Positions 26,086 to 39,167 of a DNA stretch of 64,000 bases are shown one piece after another. The translations under genes were made by a program, and so were the position numbers. Each line of letters opens with the position of its first letter. The first letter of the stretch is position 1. The stretch covers positions 1 through 64,000 of the forward strand of contig JAQGDQ010000802.1 of the NCBI GenBank assembly GCA_030141605.1. Reading direction: 5' to 3'. The notes beneath the pieces are model-generated. The model was not told the origin of the DNA. It worked only from the letters and a program-made list of their open reading frames with translations, and searched no databases. This DNA is from Tubiluchus corallicola. Its lineage: Eukaryota > Animalia > Priapulida.

Positions 26086-26545
26086 TTATGTTATGTTGTG
26101 TTGTGTTGTTATGTTATGTTATGTTGTGTTGTGTTTGTGGTTTATTATGTCATGTTATGTTGTGTTATGTTATGTTATGTTATGTTATGTTATGTTATGT
26201 TATGTTATGTTATGTTATGTTATGTTATGTTATGTTATGTTATGTTATGTTATGTTATGTTATGTTATGTTATGTTATGTTATGTTAATGTTATGCTATG
26301 CTATGCTATGCTATGCTATGCTATGCTATGCTATGCTATGCTAGGCTAGGCTAGGCTAGGCTAGGCTAGGCTAGGCTAGGCTAGGCTAGGCTAGGCTAGG
26401 CTAGGCTAGGCTAGGCTAGGCTAGGCTAGGCTAGGCTAGGCTAGGTTAGGTTAGGTTAGGTTAGGTTAGGTTAGGTTAGGTTAGGTTAGGTTAGGTTAGG
26501 TTAGGTTAGGTTAGGTTAGGTTAGGTTATGTTATGTTATGTTATA
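26086..26545. repeat. Compound pentanucleotide microsatellite TTATG/CTATG/CTAGG/TTAGG
   Basis: Direct reading. Confidence 0.97.
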
Positions 26546-26808
26546 TGTCGTATTATATTATATTTTACATTAATTTATTTAAAAATATTTATTTAAAAAC
26601 ATTTAAAAATATTTTACATTAATATTTTTGAAAAGCCGCGAAACAGTGAGTGCATGATAAACGAACCGTGAAGTAGCGAGGGAACACTATACATACAAGT
26701 TTTGCATAAGCTACATATATATATATATATCTTATATATGCTAAATTTATAAGCAGCTTTTCTAATATGCATCTTAAAACAATTGAGCATGCAAGCAAAA
26801 CTTTTCAG

Positions 26809-27142
26809 ATTGCCCAAGTTGCCGGTGAGCAGTGCATCATGGGAGATGTGGCACCGAGGCGGAAGTCCGGCGGAAGGACGTCTACCACTCCTGACAGAGT
26901 CCTTCCACGTCTTGCTGCAACGGCGTCTCCTCCCGATACTGTTCCGCTGGAGAATGTTCCGTCGACAAATGGCGACACATCTCCTCCGGCGACGATACCA
27001 AACGGCACCGTTCCACATCGGAGTAACGAGAGGTCGTCGAGGAGCGCCTATCTGAGCGGAGCAAATGTGCATCCGAAAATTACGGAGACCCGTCCGTCAG
27101 TGCAACTGTCTCATAGGCCATTGTCGCTAAAACCCATCCCAG
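26809..27142 (+). CDS. PHLDB: PHLDB-like exon 6, Ser/Pro/Thr-rich disordered region
   Basis: CTTTTCAG acceptor, CAG|GTAACG donor, within ORF 26767-27267, phase 0->1. Confidence 0.82.
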
Positions 27143-27180
27143 GTAACGCCACCTATATGGTCCATAGTTTTCAGGTAATA

Positions 27181-27568
27181 AGCCTTTTCGCAGTTCCTAC
27201 GATTGATGATGATGGTGAAAAGGGTCAAAGGTTAAGTGTGACAGACAATGCATTTGTGTACACTTGACAACGCCTTGCAGCCCGAGCTGTTGTAATAGTA
27301 ACCGTTTTAACTACTAGCTAGAACCTTACCTAGTTTATTTCTTCTTCTTCTCAAGCAAGATCCTGCTAGTAAATCGCTCTACGTAGAGACTAATGCATAA
27401 TCAAGTAAAGTCCACATAAAACAACCAAAGTTACTCGACTGATGTGGCAGCTGGCTTTGCTTTATGCACGTGTCACGTGACGGTTGTAGTTAAGACACAT
27501 TGCTGTGGTGCACTTAACCTTTGACCCACAACAATGGCGCATGAGCACAGCGAAACAACGAAAAGGCT
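27181..27568. mobile_element. MITE, possibly PIF/Harbinger-like
   Basis: Outer IR AGCCTTTTCG / CGAAAAGGCT and inner IR GGTCAAAGGTTAAGTG / CACTTAACCTTTGACC. Confidence 0.7.
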
Positions 27569-28204
27569 TATTGCATTGCTATAACATGGACTGGTTGATT
27601 CTCTGTAAACTGTAAATTTATAAGCAACAAATCGGCCATAAATTTTATTCACAAAAAAGTAGGCCACAGATTTATCTAAATTTCCCAATAAAATCTAGTC
27701 CATTATTGATTTTTTAACACAAATTTCAGCAAAAAGAGGGAAGTGTGACCCTTTCGTCGTGTAACCCCATTTTTAGGCTACTTCACATTCCTCTATTTCA
27801 ATCAACTTTGATTTCAAAAAATCAATAATTTTGACTTCATTCCATCGTAAATCAATAATTTTGAGAACAACATTGTAACAATGAATTTGAGCAATGTTGT
27901 TGTTGTGGCATTTAAACTTCAAGTCGAGGAAATAAGGTGAAGTGTTCTCAGAATGCTACGACTATCGAAAAGAAATCATTAAATTTTGATCTATAACTTT
28001 CACAAACTTTTGTTGGGCAGCGTTATAAATGTTTTAATATGAAAAATCGTTGACAGTTTTGTTGTGCAAAAAATGCTGTTTCCATTTTCTGTCTTTTGAA
28101 TCTGCTTTTTGATGATTTGATGATACTTTCATGATTTGATGATGCTTTCAAAATGATGGCAGACTGATGAGATGAGACAGACAAAACGATGAGATATCTT
28201 CAAT

Positions 28205-28585
28205 TCTCTAAGAAGTCCTCTAGGAAGGCTTCTGTCCTCTTGGAAGTCCTCTGCTCTTTTGGAAGTCATCTGTCATCTAGGAAGTCCTATTGGAAGTGTT
28301 CAATCCTCTAGGAAGACTTCTGACCTCTTGGAAGTCCTCTGCCCTTTTGGAAGTCATCTGTCATCTAGGAAGTCCTATTAGAAGTGTTCAATCCTGTAGG
28401 AAGACCTTTGTCTTCTAGAACGTTCTCCATCCTCTAGGAAGTCCTCTAAAAAGACCTCTAGGAAGGATGAACATTATGGAAAATTGACCTCTAGGAAGGA
28501 TGAACATTATGGAAAATTGACCTCTAGGAAGGATGAACATTATGGAAAATTGACCTCTAGGAAGGATGAACATTATGGAAAATTT
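28205..28585. repeat. CTAGGAAG-rich degenerate tandem repeats
   Basis: Repeated CTCTAGGAAG blocks; three exact copies of a unit containing GGATGAACATTATGGAAAATT. Confidence 0.85.
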
Positions 28586-29143
28586 CGTTCTCCAAAATGC
28601 ATTTTTTGTTTTGCTCTTGATTTTTCAAAAATAAAAAAATTGTTTTTATGGTAGAGTAACTTGATGAATATCAGCCGAGTTTATGGCTGAGTTTTACGAG
28701 CAGGAAGTGCATACGTTCAACATAGACGTGCTGTAGCTTAAAAAAACTCGCTTGTTAAGACTGGGATAGAGCAATGTTATACAGGAGTCGATTTCTTTTC
28801 CCGGATACTTGATCCGGAGAGTTCCTAAAAATGTTATAAACAGCGTAGCTGACGCTGTAAATAATACAGATAAATAACGTAAGCTGTGCACGCTTCCGCG
28901 GACCGTAAATAACCTTCCCGTCTTGCACGTGTACCGTCGTGTTTCTACCGTGCAGGAGGGCACGCTTTATTTAAGTCACTGACAAGTCTGACAGATGAAC
29001 ATAGAACATTTATTTTCTCCAATTAGTTTAAAGTTTTTTAAATATTAATTAATTATAATCATGGAGCAGGGCAGGGAAGGACCATAGGGTCATCTAGTCT
29101 CCTGCCCTTATTGATGTATTGAAATGAAATGAGCTGTCTTCGA

Positions 29144-29541
29144 CTGGGGCTGAGCGTTCTCTACCAGAAAGCGAATTTGAATCGAACTGAATTTTTGACT
29201 TTCGAACCCGAATTAAACTGAATTCTCGAAGATTTCGAATCCAAATCCAATTTAGTTTTGAACATTTTCGAATAAATTTTCGAATCACTAATGAAAAGTA
29301 GTCTCACAAAGATCTTGCATATTGCTTGGTTTCATTCTGCAGAAAAAAACACTAATAATTTGCTTAAAAATTGTTCGCAGCTAAATTTTGCTGATTGCTG
29401 TTTCAAATGTTTTATTGACAAATAATGTATGTATGTAGTTGAAATGCTAAATTATTCGTATCCACAATTTTCAGTTCGAATCGAATTCCAATTTGAAAAA
29501 ACTCGTTCAAATTGAATTCGAACATTTGAAGCTTGCCCCTA
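29144..29541. mobile_element. hAT-like MITE copy (family of 46308-46636)
   Basis: Shares TTCTCTACCAGAAAGCGAATT and a ...CCCCTA end. Confidence 0.7.
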
Positions 29542-29599
29542 CTGCAGATCCATGTTCTTGAGTAACTGTTGTGTAATTCTCTTCTCATCTCAACCCCCC

Positions 29600-30170
29600 T
29601 GTCGTGGATCAGCCCAAACGTACCACCCTCCTGTTGTGTTTCCTAAGCTTTATTAAGGTCTACAGCATCTTGTCCACTCCCTTGTCGTGGATCAGCCTTG
29701 GCATGCCAGCATCCTTGCTGCTTTTTTCGTAAGCTGTGTTAAGTTATGCATTTTGCACATTTCCGTTCCCTTATCATGGATCAGCCACCATATGTCACAT
29801 TGTCCACCACTGTGTAGATCAGCCCCATGCTTGAATTGTCCACCCCCTCTTCCTGGATCCACGTCGCCTTCCCCTGTTTTTCCTAAGCTGTGTTAAGTTA
29901 TGCTTTTGCACATTTCCATTCCCTTATCATGGATCAGCCATGATATGTCACATTGTCCACCCCCTCTTCCTGGATCCACGTCGCCTACCCCTGTTTTTTT
30001 TAAGCTATGTTAAGTTATGCTTTTGCACATTTCCATTCCCTTATCATGGATCAGCCACCATATGTCACATTGTCCACCACCTTGTAGATCAGCCCCCTGC
30101 TTGAATTGTCCACCCCCTCTTCCTGGATCCACGTCGCCTTCCCCTGTTTTTTGCAAGCTGTGTCAAGTTA
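29600..30170. repeat. Degenerate tandem repeat (GGATCAGCC / TTGTCCACC blocks)
   Basis: Three near-copies upstream of exon 7. Confidence 0.85.
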
Positions 30171-30221
30171 GCAGAAGATAAAATGCCTTGTTTATGAATT
30201 ACGACCTATACTTTGGAACAG

Positions 30222-30350
30222 GTGCTGTACCCAAGCCTCCGGCGGCCGCTTTGCTAAACCCTCTAAACCAAAAGATTCTCATTCCGGGTGCTGTGGCGAA
30301 TAGGGAAGACCATCACTCTCCTCCTCTTCCGCGAGTCACGGAGACAAAAG
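30222..30350 (+). CDS. PHLDB: PHLDB-like exon 7 (AVPKPPAAALLNPLNQKILIPG...RVTETK)
   Basis: ACAG acceptor, consensus AAG|GTAAGT donor, open frame, phase 1->1; not in the ORF track. Confidence 0.8.
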
Positions 30351-30384
30351 GTAAGTGGATTTTATAATGTGGAGTAAATGTTAA

Positions 30385-30818
30385 AGGAAAACCGGATGAT
30401 TGTGTAAACACGAGTTCCGAATTAAGAATGCTCTAAAATATTGAAAACTACAACAACTTTTTTTAAATCATAGCTTAGATTAAATAATAATTACCACGAA
30501 TAGTTAAATTTTGTCATACTTTCAAAACTACATGCGGCTCAGTGAATGTACTAAGATTGGCAATTTTGCTTTTTTGTCACATTCGCGTGACCGACAAATA
30601 GGTGCTGTACCGTGATAAGCATGATCATGAACTGCCGTGTTCGACTGTGACGTTAGTGTGACGCAGAGCTCATTTTCGTAGTAGCTTAACAAAATTTGAG
30701 TATCCGAGGTAATTATTATTTAATCTAAGCTTTGATTTAAAATAAGCTATTGTAGTTTTCAATATTTTAGAGCATTCTTCATTCTGAACTCGTGTTTACA
30801 CAATCACCCGGTTTTCTT
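30385..30818. mobile_element. TTAA-flanked MITE with TIRs over 100 bp (Kolobok- or piggyBac-like)
   Basis: TTAA-AGGAAAACCGGATGATTGTGTAAACACGAG ... CTCGTGTTTACACAATCACCCGGTTTTCTT-TTAA. Confidence 0.9.
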
Positions 30819-31312
30819 TTAATTCCAATAAGTCTGAGTTGAAACATGGTGACATAATATTGCTGCTGCCATCTAGCGGTTAAATATGTCACAAATGGTT
30901 AACTTATAAATTTGGGCCAGAATATTGTACTTAATTGTAGTAAATTCTGAATTTTTAAATTTAATATTGAAAATACAAACAGTGGTGTGTACATTTTAGT
31001 TTTTTCTACAAAGTTAAATGTTGGTATCGGAAGAAAAAGTAGCTTGGAATTTGATTTTTTTATATTCTTATTGCTGATGGAATAAGTTTTTATGGCTGCC
31101 TGTTTCTGTGACCTAAAGCAAAACAAACGGGTTTTCAAGACATGTCTATTTAAAATATAATTTCTAAAATTTCGTTTGTCAGGTTTTTGAGAGAAAATTA
31201 TTATTTAATTAACATTTATATGCGCATTTATCAAAATCTGCACGGTTTGTTAAAGACTAAACCTGGCAGTATGTTTGACTCGCTCTTATTACTGTTTGTC
31301 TTGCTACTCCAG

Positions 31313-31474
31313 AAGCGGAAAAGTCGATCGAGGAACAGGAGCAGGAGAAGAAGAAAGAGATTCACGCCTTGGACGACATTCTGAAGACGTGCGTCGAGTA
31401 CGAGGAGCTAGCGCAGAAGGAGAAAGAAGAAACGATTAAAAAGCAGTTACAGAAGAAAGATCATCCAAGTCCCG
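31313..31474 (+). CDS. PHLDB: PHLDB-like exon 8 (AEKSIEEQEQEKKKEIHALDDILKTCVEYEE...)
   Basis: CTACTCCAG acceptor, G|GTAAGA donor; resembles the PHLDB LETILNLCAEY helix; phase 1->1. Confidence 0.88.
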
Positions 31475-32369
31475 GTAAGATTTTGCTGAAACTTACTGTA
31501 TGCATATATATGTGTACAGTAAAGTTATACGGCAAAAAAGGTATACTATATATATTCTATATATATACTATACATAGTTATATATATATATATATATATA
31601 ACTATATATATATACTATAATATATAGTTATATATAGTATATATATATATATATATATATACGTATATATAACTCAACGGCGAAGGTATACTATATATAT
31701 ATTCTACATATTTGTGTGTGTGTGCGTGTGGGTAACTATATATAGTGTACCTTTTTTCGCTGTTGAGTTATATATACGTATATATATATATATATATATA
31801 TACGAGGTGAAGTTATATATATAGAATATATGTATAACTTCACATCGAATATATCTATATACACATTCCCAGTGTGCATCACTGGCTCACCAAAAAACAC
31901 CTTATTAACCTCATTGACTAAAAAAAGTGTTATATAAATGAAATATCTCATTGACAAAATGGAATAAATTGAACGTCTGTTTAGTTAGTGAAGAATGCAT
32001 TTCAAATTCTCTGATTATTTTTTCAACCTTTACAAAATGTTATCTAAACTTGTTTCAAGCTACCTTAAATGGCTGCGCCCAACGGTCATTGCGAGAGTTT
32101 AAATTTACAAGTTTCATACATCGTTGCCACTAATACAAGCTCTGCACGCAATAAGACAGCGTGCACGTGATATAAAATTTGAAGGATTTTTTTAAAATGT
32201 TTTTATATTAAGAATGTGCTGTTCTTGTCCTTTAAATGCTGACGGCTACGTGTTGACTGGTAACTGAATTATTTGCGTAGGTTTGGTTGCCCTACAGCTT
32301 GTAGCTTGTGGCCGATGGTCAGACTAGCCGATGTAGCTAAATTAAAGCCCTGTTCACATTGTTTTGCAG

Positions 32370-33568
32370 GCATCAAGACGAACGGATCGCTACCTCGCGA
32401 CACAAGAAGAAATAAATCGCCGAGCGGACCAAAAGCGTTTCCTCTCGCCCAGAAGTCGCCGGATGAAGTTCTCACTCCGCGTAGTCCGTTCCTCATCCGA
32501 GGTCCGCGATCGCCGAGTTCTCCCAGCGTGCAGCGGGGTAACCTCCACATGGGAATAAGTCACAAAGTCAAATCGCCCGTATGCACCTCGCCCCCTCATT
32601 CGTTTAACAGCGTGGAGGCGCCAAACCCCGACCGCCTCGCGGATCCGCTTTCCGTGGAAGTCGCGACTAGCGAAGCCTCTGGGGTTAATAACGTTTCACC
32701 AACACGAACAAAGGGACTGGCTACGACTGTTGTGATAGAAAACGTTAAAAAACCTGATCAGCCCGATAGCGCTATACCTCCGTATGAGCCTGTGGGTAAA
32801 ATGAATGACGAGGCTGGCAATCAGACAGCATTGTTCGATAAAACCGATCACAAACAATCGCCAGTCAGTGCGACCGCTTTTGAACCAGTGAATGTTTGTG
32901 TACGAAATGATGAAGTTTGCACAAATGCCGAAAGAAGTACGGATGTTGCACTCGAAGAAGCAACTAACGTACCCGTTTCGTCGGAAAAAATTCTCGTTCA
33001 TACTGTAGTGTTGACCGGTGAGCCTCAGCCGCTGACCGTCTGTGAGACGAACTCTAAGTCTCCTGATAGCAAAGTGCCTTTTAATGCACCTTTAGAGGAA
33101 ATAAGCGAAGAGAGCGAGGAAGCTTCCGATACGGACATTGATTTTGTTTTAAAAGTCGAAGAAATTGGAAGTCGCTCCGGAGCCGACGCAGAGATTGTGT
33201 TAAAAATTGAGGAATGTGAACGCGGAGACTCGAAAGAGGTATCGAAAGAAACGCATTCAGATTCTGTAGTTGAAAGTGCAATGCCAGTGCGGGTTTCTGA
33301 TAGTGGTGATGTCGTACCTGAGCTCGTAAACTCTCTCGTAGATACCATCGTGGACAAGTCGAGACCCTCGGATAAGCGAGACGAAACGTCCTTGCAGCTA
33401 GCGGAAATCAGACACAACAAGATCGATTTCGCGAAGAAAGTTGAAATCAGGGACAAGAAGTTGTTGACCGTGGAGACTTTACCGGTCAGATTTGTCCAGT
33501 CGCCGAAAGCACCGGTTTCTCCACGAAAGCCTAAACTACCTGCCTGTGATGATTTCGATTTTCCTACG
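32370..33568 (+). CDS. PHLDB: PHLDB-like exon 9, large 1199-nt exon (IKTNGSLPR..., SP-rich/acidic)
   Basis: TTTTGCAG acceptor, ACG|GTGAGC donor, inside the 441-aa ORF, phase 1->0. Confidence 0.88.
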
Positions 33569-33618
33569 GTGAGCATTGTACCTTGTTTTACCATGTAGTT
33601 TATGAGTAGTTTTAGTAA

Positions 33619-34121
33619 AGGAAAACCGGACGATTGTGTAAACATTACAGAATAAAGAATGCTCTAAAGTATTGAAAACTACAATAGCTTTTAAATCAAA
33701 GCTTAAATTAAATAATAATTGTTTTGGATACTAAAATTTCGTTAAACTTTCAAAGCTGCGCGCAGCTCAGTGAATCTACTAAGATTGGCAACATCGCCTT
33801 TTTGTCACACTCGCATGGCCGATAAATAGATGGCGATACCGTGATAAGCATGATCATGAACTGCAGTGTTAGTTTCTGACGTCATGTGATGTAAAGCCCA
33901 TTTTCATGACATCATGCATTTAAATAGTACTGTAACACCTATGCAAATGTGCTGGACGCGCAAGGGAAGACGCCTACCATTGCACAAACTGTGGTTAGTT
34001 TGTGACGCAAGTGATAGCTGTGATCGGTTGCCGTTAATTAACTTTCTAAGCTAATTATTCAATTATATTTTGGACAGTAAATTAAAATGAGAATGAGTCT
34101 AAACAATCATCCGGTTTTCCT
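33619..34121. mobile_element. Second copy of the AGGAAAACCGG TTAA-type MITE
   Basis: Same termini and internal GATAAGCATGATCATGAACTG block. Confidence 0.85.
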
Positions 34122-35879
34122 TTAAGAAATGCAGGAAATCTTTGTAAGGCATTTGGCATCTACACAAATCTGGGTGTTTGCAAAGTCGGTTTACAGTTTT
34201 GGAAATTTATTTAAATTGAATTAAAGGGACAGTTTAGTCAAGTTATAATTACGTACAGAGTGTTCGGAAAAGTTTGCACTCTTTTCTTCCAATTCTTTTA
34301 TGTGTGGCACCATTAACTCCATAGCACATGTGGAAGGCAGCGCAGAATGTAGCGATGGGCCCCTCACGCATTGGTAACATTTGGTAAATAATCTGTTTTT
34401 TTTCACTACGGTTGTGTTGAAATATGTGCTAATTTGGTTTGCAAGAAATAGTAAAATTCTGGTATTTCTTAAAGAATGTTTTTATTGACAAACAAAAGAC
34501 AGCCATTCTTGTTTATTTAAAGAATTAAGTTTAATTCAAGCCATGTAAATGTCACTAAAATGTGTCAAAGAGTAAAAAGTGTTCAAGACCAGTGCGGGCA
34601 AGTTAGATGGTGGCTTCGTCTGAGTGGGCCTCATAATTTTATTAGCCTAGTACATGATTCTCATTTTTGGACGCTTCTCCAAGATTATAAATAAGTTTTG
34701 GGATTTTTGTTGAACTTTTCTGAATGAACCACACTCAGTGTAAACGTGTTTAACTAAGCGAATCAGCGGAACTTTGTATGTTGTATTTACCTTGGACTGA
34801 ATTATCCTTTTTTATTGTGTTTACTGTAAACTTTCGAAAGCGTAAAAAGACTTTGTGGGCACCCTGTACGTTGTGAGATCCAAAGAATTATGTTATTCCA
34901 TTGTTTGTTGTTTTGAAATGTTTGCAGTTTATACTAAACAAACAGAGCCAGTTGACGAATCGGCTTTCTTATGTTGACGCTGACATATTTACACTATTTA
35001 CTTACATATGAATCACGCATATGTACGCTTCAGTTTGCTTTACCTATATTACTCTATGCTGATCTAAGGCATCTCCATTTATCCTAGTTTCTTTATCTGC
35101 ACAGTCAAGAATTAACTGCATTATCCGTCGTAGAATTTGGCGTCGTTTGTTTTGGAGTGACTCAACGTTTGCGTAACAAAATGCGTAGTTACCTAGGCGA
35201 TGAATGAGTTATTTTAAACTTCAAAATCTCTTCCTAATTCCACCTTCTGTGAATATTTACATACATTATGCGTTTACACACATTCAGCCGGGGGGGGGGG
35301 GGCGAAAGAATGTAGAAGAAGAATGGATGGAGGGGTTGTATGAACACAGACATACTCGAGTGACTTTCTTTCTTAATTGAAGTCATTACACTTTACATAC
35401 GATTTGCTTCGTGTTTTTATACACGCTCGTGTGCGACACAGTTAACGGTTTGGCTAAAATGTGCAGTTTGTGACGACCTGCGAGAAATGCCTCTCCCCGC
35501 ACGGGTCATTCCGCGTGCAACGTAGTTTGATCAGAATACATTCGCTTTTGAACGTTTGAGGTCCGCGCAAGTGGCGATGCCGTTTCCAAAGTTGTCGTAT
35601 TTTTTACAGTGCGGTGGTTGTGTGCATTTCTGTTGTTGCAACATGGCAGTACGTATTGTCGACAGTCAACAGTGCAATTCTAGCGTGTTGCAAGTGTTTT
35701 GCAAACTTTGTATTATATCATAGCAACACATAGCAAAAATAGACAGTGTTGCATTTGAATGTACATTGCTTTAGAGATGCTAATAGAACAAAGAATATAA
35801 TGCGGAATAATGGATGTTGTAATAGATTAGATTATATTAGATTAGTTTATTTTCACAACACATCACGTAAACCATCACA

Positions 35880-36546
35880 GGCTTGGTGGTAAACATGAGC
35901 AACATGCAACACTCTTCATTCTTTCGTGGGCTGCATGCTTGGTGTAAACATGAGCAATATACAACGCTCTTCATTCCATTGTAGGCTGTATGCTTGGTGT
36001 AAACATGAGCAACATGCAATGCTCTTCATTCCATTGTGGGCTGCTTGCTCAGTGTAAACATGAGCAACATGCAACACTCTTCATTCCATTGTGGGCTGCT
36101 TGCTTGGTGTAAACATGAGTAACATGCAACACTCTTCATTCCATTGTAGGCTGCATGCTTGGTGTAAACGTGAACAATATGCAACACTCTTCATTCCATT
36201 GTGGGCTGCATGCTTGGTGTAAATGTGAGCAATATGCAATGCTCTTCATTCCATTGTGGGCTGCTTGCTCAGTGTAAACATGAGCAACATGCAATGCTCT
36301 TAATTCTATTGTGGGCTGTATGCCTGGTGTAAACATGAGCAATATGCAACACTCTTCGTTCTGCGACACCCGCTTTAGAGTCATGGGATGAGTATGTATT
36401 TTGGAGTGTTGCATATGTTCATGAATGCGCCGAGGAAGCAGCCCACAATGGAATTAAGAGCATTGCATGTTGCTCATGTTTACACTGAGCAAGCAGCCCA
36501 CAATGGAATGAAGAGCATTGCATATTGCTCATGTTTACACCAAGCA
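35880..36546. repeat. 55-bp tandem array with two inverted units at 36437-36546
   Basis: CATTCCATTGTGGGCTGC units, and GCAGCCCACAATGGAAT in the inverted part. Confidence 0.9.
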
Positions 36547-36683
36547 AATTTATTTATTTTTATTTACTATATTTATTAGTAAACAAAAACATAATTCTTC
36601 TTATTGTAATATCCATCATTCTGTTTGTTTTATCAGTAGATTTAGACAACAGATGCCAAACCTATTAAAATATTGCCCTAGAG

Positions 36684-37095
36684 CAGTGGTTCCCAAAGTA
36701 GGGGTAAATTACCCCCCCCCCGGGGTAATATGGTTTTTTTGGGGGGTAACGGGCACCCCTCTGAAAATTTTTAAAACTTCGCTCGGAATGCATTTTACGT
36801 AGTTTTCTTCTTGAAGAGACTGCCTCCGGCAGGCAACACTGTGTCATAATTACTCGAACGAACCTGCTCACTCAGTAATGAGCAGGTTCAGTAATTGTAA
36901 TTCTTGTTTTGGCAACAATACAACAACAACACCTGGAAATTTATTTATGTCACGAGCAAACATAAATAATTTTGCTTGCTTGTGGCATATACATGTTTAC
37001 TTTTTGAGTTGGAGAAGTAGTACTAGGTGGAGGGTAATGGATATGACCGGGTTTCCCGATTTGGGTAACGGTCCGAGAAAGTTTGGGAACCACTG
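36684..37095. mobile_element. hAT (Charlie-like) MITE
   Basis: TIR CAGTGGTTCCCAAA / TTTGGGAACCACTG; perfect 8-bp TSD CCCTAGAG. Confidence 0.95.
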
Positions 37096-39167
37096 CCCTA
37101 GAGATCGCTATTGTCCCGTTAAATGAATGAATGAAAGGCAAGTATGGATGTAACTATTGAAGTACACAGCTGTTTTTAAGGGTTACCATATTAAATTGTC
37201 TGGTCAAGGATTACCAGCCGTTTATGATGCAAATCCAATGATGGATCAATTCTTGTTGATACTTTAAATGTAAATGATTGTTACACCAAGATCTCTGAGG
37301 CTAATTTGAATTGCATCTACTTATATTATCTTTTTTCATAGTTACTTTTTATCTCATAGCACTCACCTATAGTTTAGACGAGTTTACACTTATGTGTGTG
37401 TTGGAGCCAGTGCTTGGTTTTCTCCCTCCCTTACTTCAGCTTACGTGGGAGCCCTTTTTTATTTTAACGCACTAGTTGTCGCTTATTGTATCGAGTACGC
37501 GATTGTGGTATTATGTGATCCGTTTAATCGTCAGTCTACTACACTAAAGTACTGATTTAGTACTATGCTGCCATCTACCCTCTAATTGTTCAAAGTTTGT
37601 CAGAGAGTGATTTTTTGCTTCTAAATATTGTTTCCTTTTGCTTTTAGAAATAGTCATTAATCAGAGTAATTAGGTTGTTAATTTCATGCTTTAATTCTGG
37701 TTCTAACTCTCTTATTCACATTTAAATAGAGAAAAATTATAACATTATAACACAGCTTTCTGTAAACCAATAATCTTTATTCTGCTATCAAAGAAGCCAA
37801 GTAGACTTTGATTTTGGTTTGACTAGTAGTCTGTAGAGTATAGGTGACCTTTCCATTTATGGTCTGTATGCATGAATTTAATGTACCTTCCAATAGGAAC
37901 TTGTATGTCTGGTCATGTGATTAAAGCTTTATTCTCTTAGGCATGCAAGTTCCAGTTGATCAAAAGACAGCAATGTTAAAGGTTATGTTTTTGAGTGCTA
38001 GGTTTTCTCAATAAATTGTTTGTTGCTTTTATGCCACTGTGTGTGGAGAGAAATTTTATGGCAATAAAACAAGTTATACAGTTATTCTACATTCCACCAT
38101 CATCTGTGAATATTGTATACGTTTTACAATATTCTGGATTGCAAATTTCTACACGAGTTGCGATTTTGTATAGTAACTAATAACATGGTTTTTTTTTTAT
38201 TGCTCTAACCTTTTTTTATTTTAGCTAAATCTTAGCTAAAATAGTTTAAAAAGTAGAAAATTTCGTTTACATAATAGTTCGTGACATGCTTTTCACAGCA
38301 ATACGGGGTATCTTCAGTGCTGACGACTGTGAAGTTTTAGGCTCTCCAGGCCCAGTCAACCAAAATTCCAAACCACGTTTGAATTAATTTGTGAAATATA
38401 AGCAGCAAAATATCTACAAAATAAAATTTCTTAATTTTAATGAAACATTATGTTCTTTAAACATTAACCATTAAGCAAACATAAATCCAAAAACATGTTA
38501 ACACATTAATTTTTTCTTGTGCTAACCACTCCATCAAACATGAGGTTCTATACTATAAAACATCCTTGTGTTTTTTATCTGTAATTTTGCATCACATCGA
38601 ACAAAAGGAAACAAACAAAAAACAAAATATTTTACTCATTTTAGAATTTTCTTCTTTCAGTTTTAATACTAGTTGGTTTTGCAAAAATGTCTCGGTTCGG
38701 TTTCGTTTCGGTTTCTTATGTTTGATAAATTTCGTTTCCGGTTTGTAAATTCAGTTTCAGTAACATCCCTGGTTTGAATCTTACACTTGACAACAATCCT
38801 ACTCAACACAGATGGTTGTAACGGGAACATAGGAACGTGGCTCATTGTCATTGATAATTGTCTGAGGCGAGGCACTAAACCAGCAGTGGTTCCTCAGCCA
38901 TATAGTGATACCTACATTTCCAACTTCACCAAGGTAAATACTTGGACTGAATGACAAAGCAGTGACCTAAGTCGCTTTTGAGCACACCGGTCACCCATTC
39001 ATGCACTTATCAGACCCAACACTGCTTAACTTCAGTCGCTGAGTTCAAACACGGTTGCTTTTGAACCGACCGGTCATCCATTCATGCACTTATCAGGCCC
39101 ATTGCTGCTTAACTTCAGTCGCTGAGTTCAAACACGGATGATAATATCTGCTGGTGTTTTCTTGCAG

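Noticed and set aside
26446-26525. True telomere or chromosome fusion site
   Set aside because: Only 16 units, intronic, in register with non-telomeric pentamers, and no head-to-head junction
33025-33645. 206-aa antisense ORF (and other minus ORFs over exons 6, 9 and 16)
   Set aside because: Shadow ORFs of GC-richer coding exons with no independent signals
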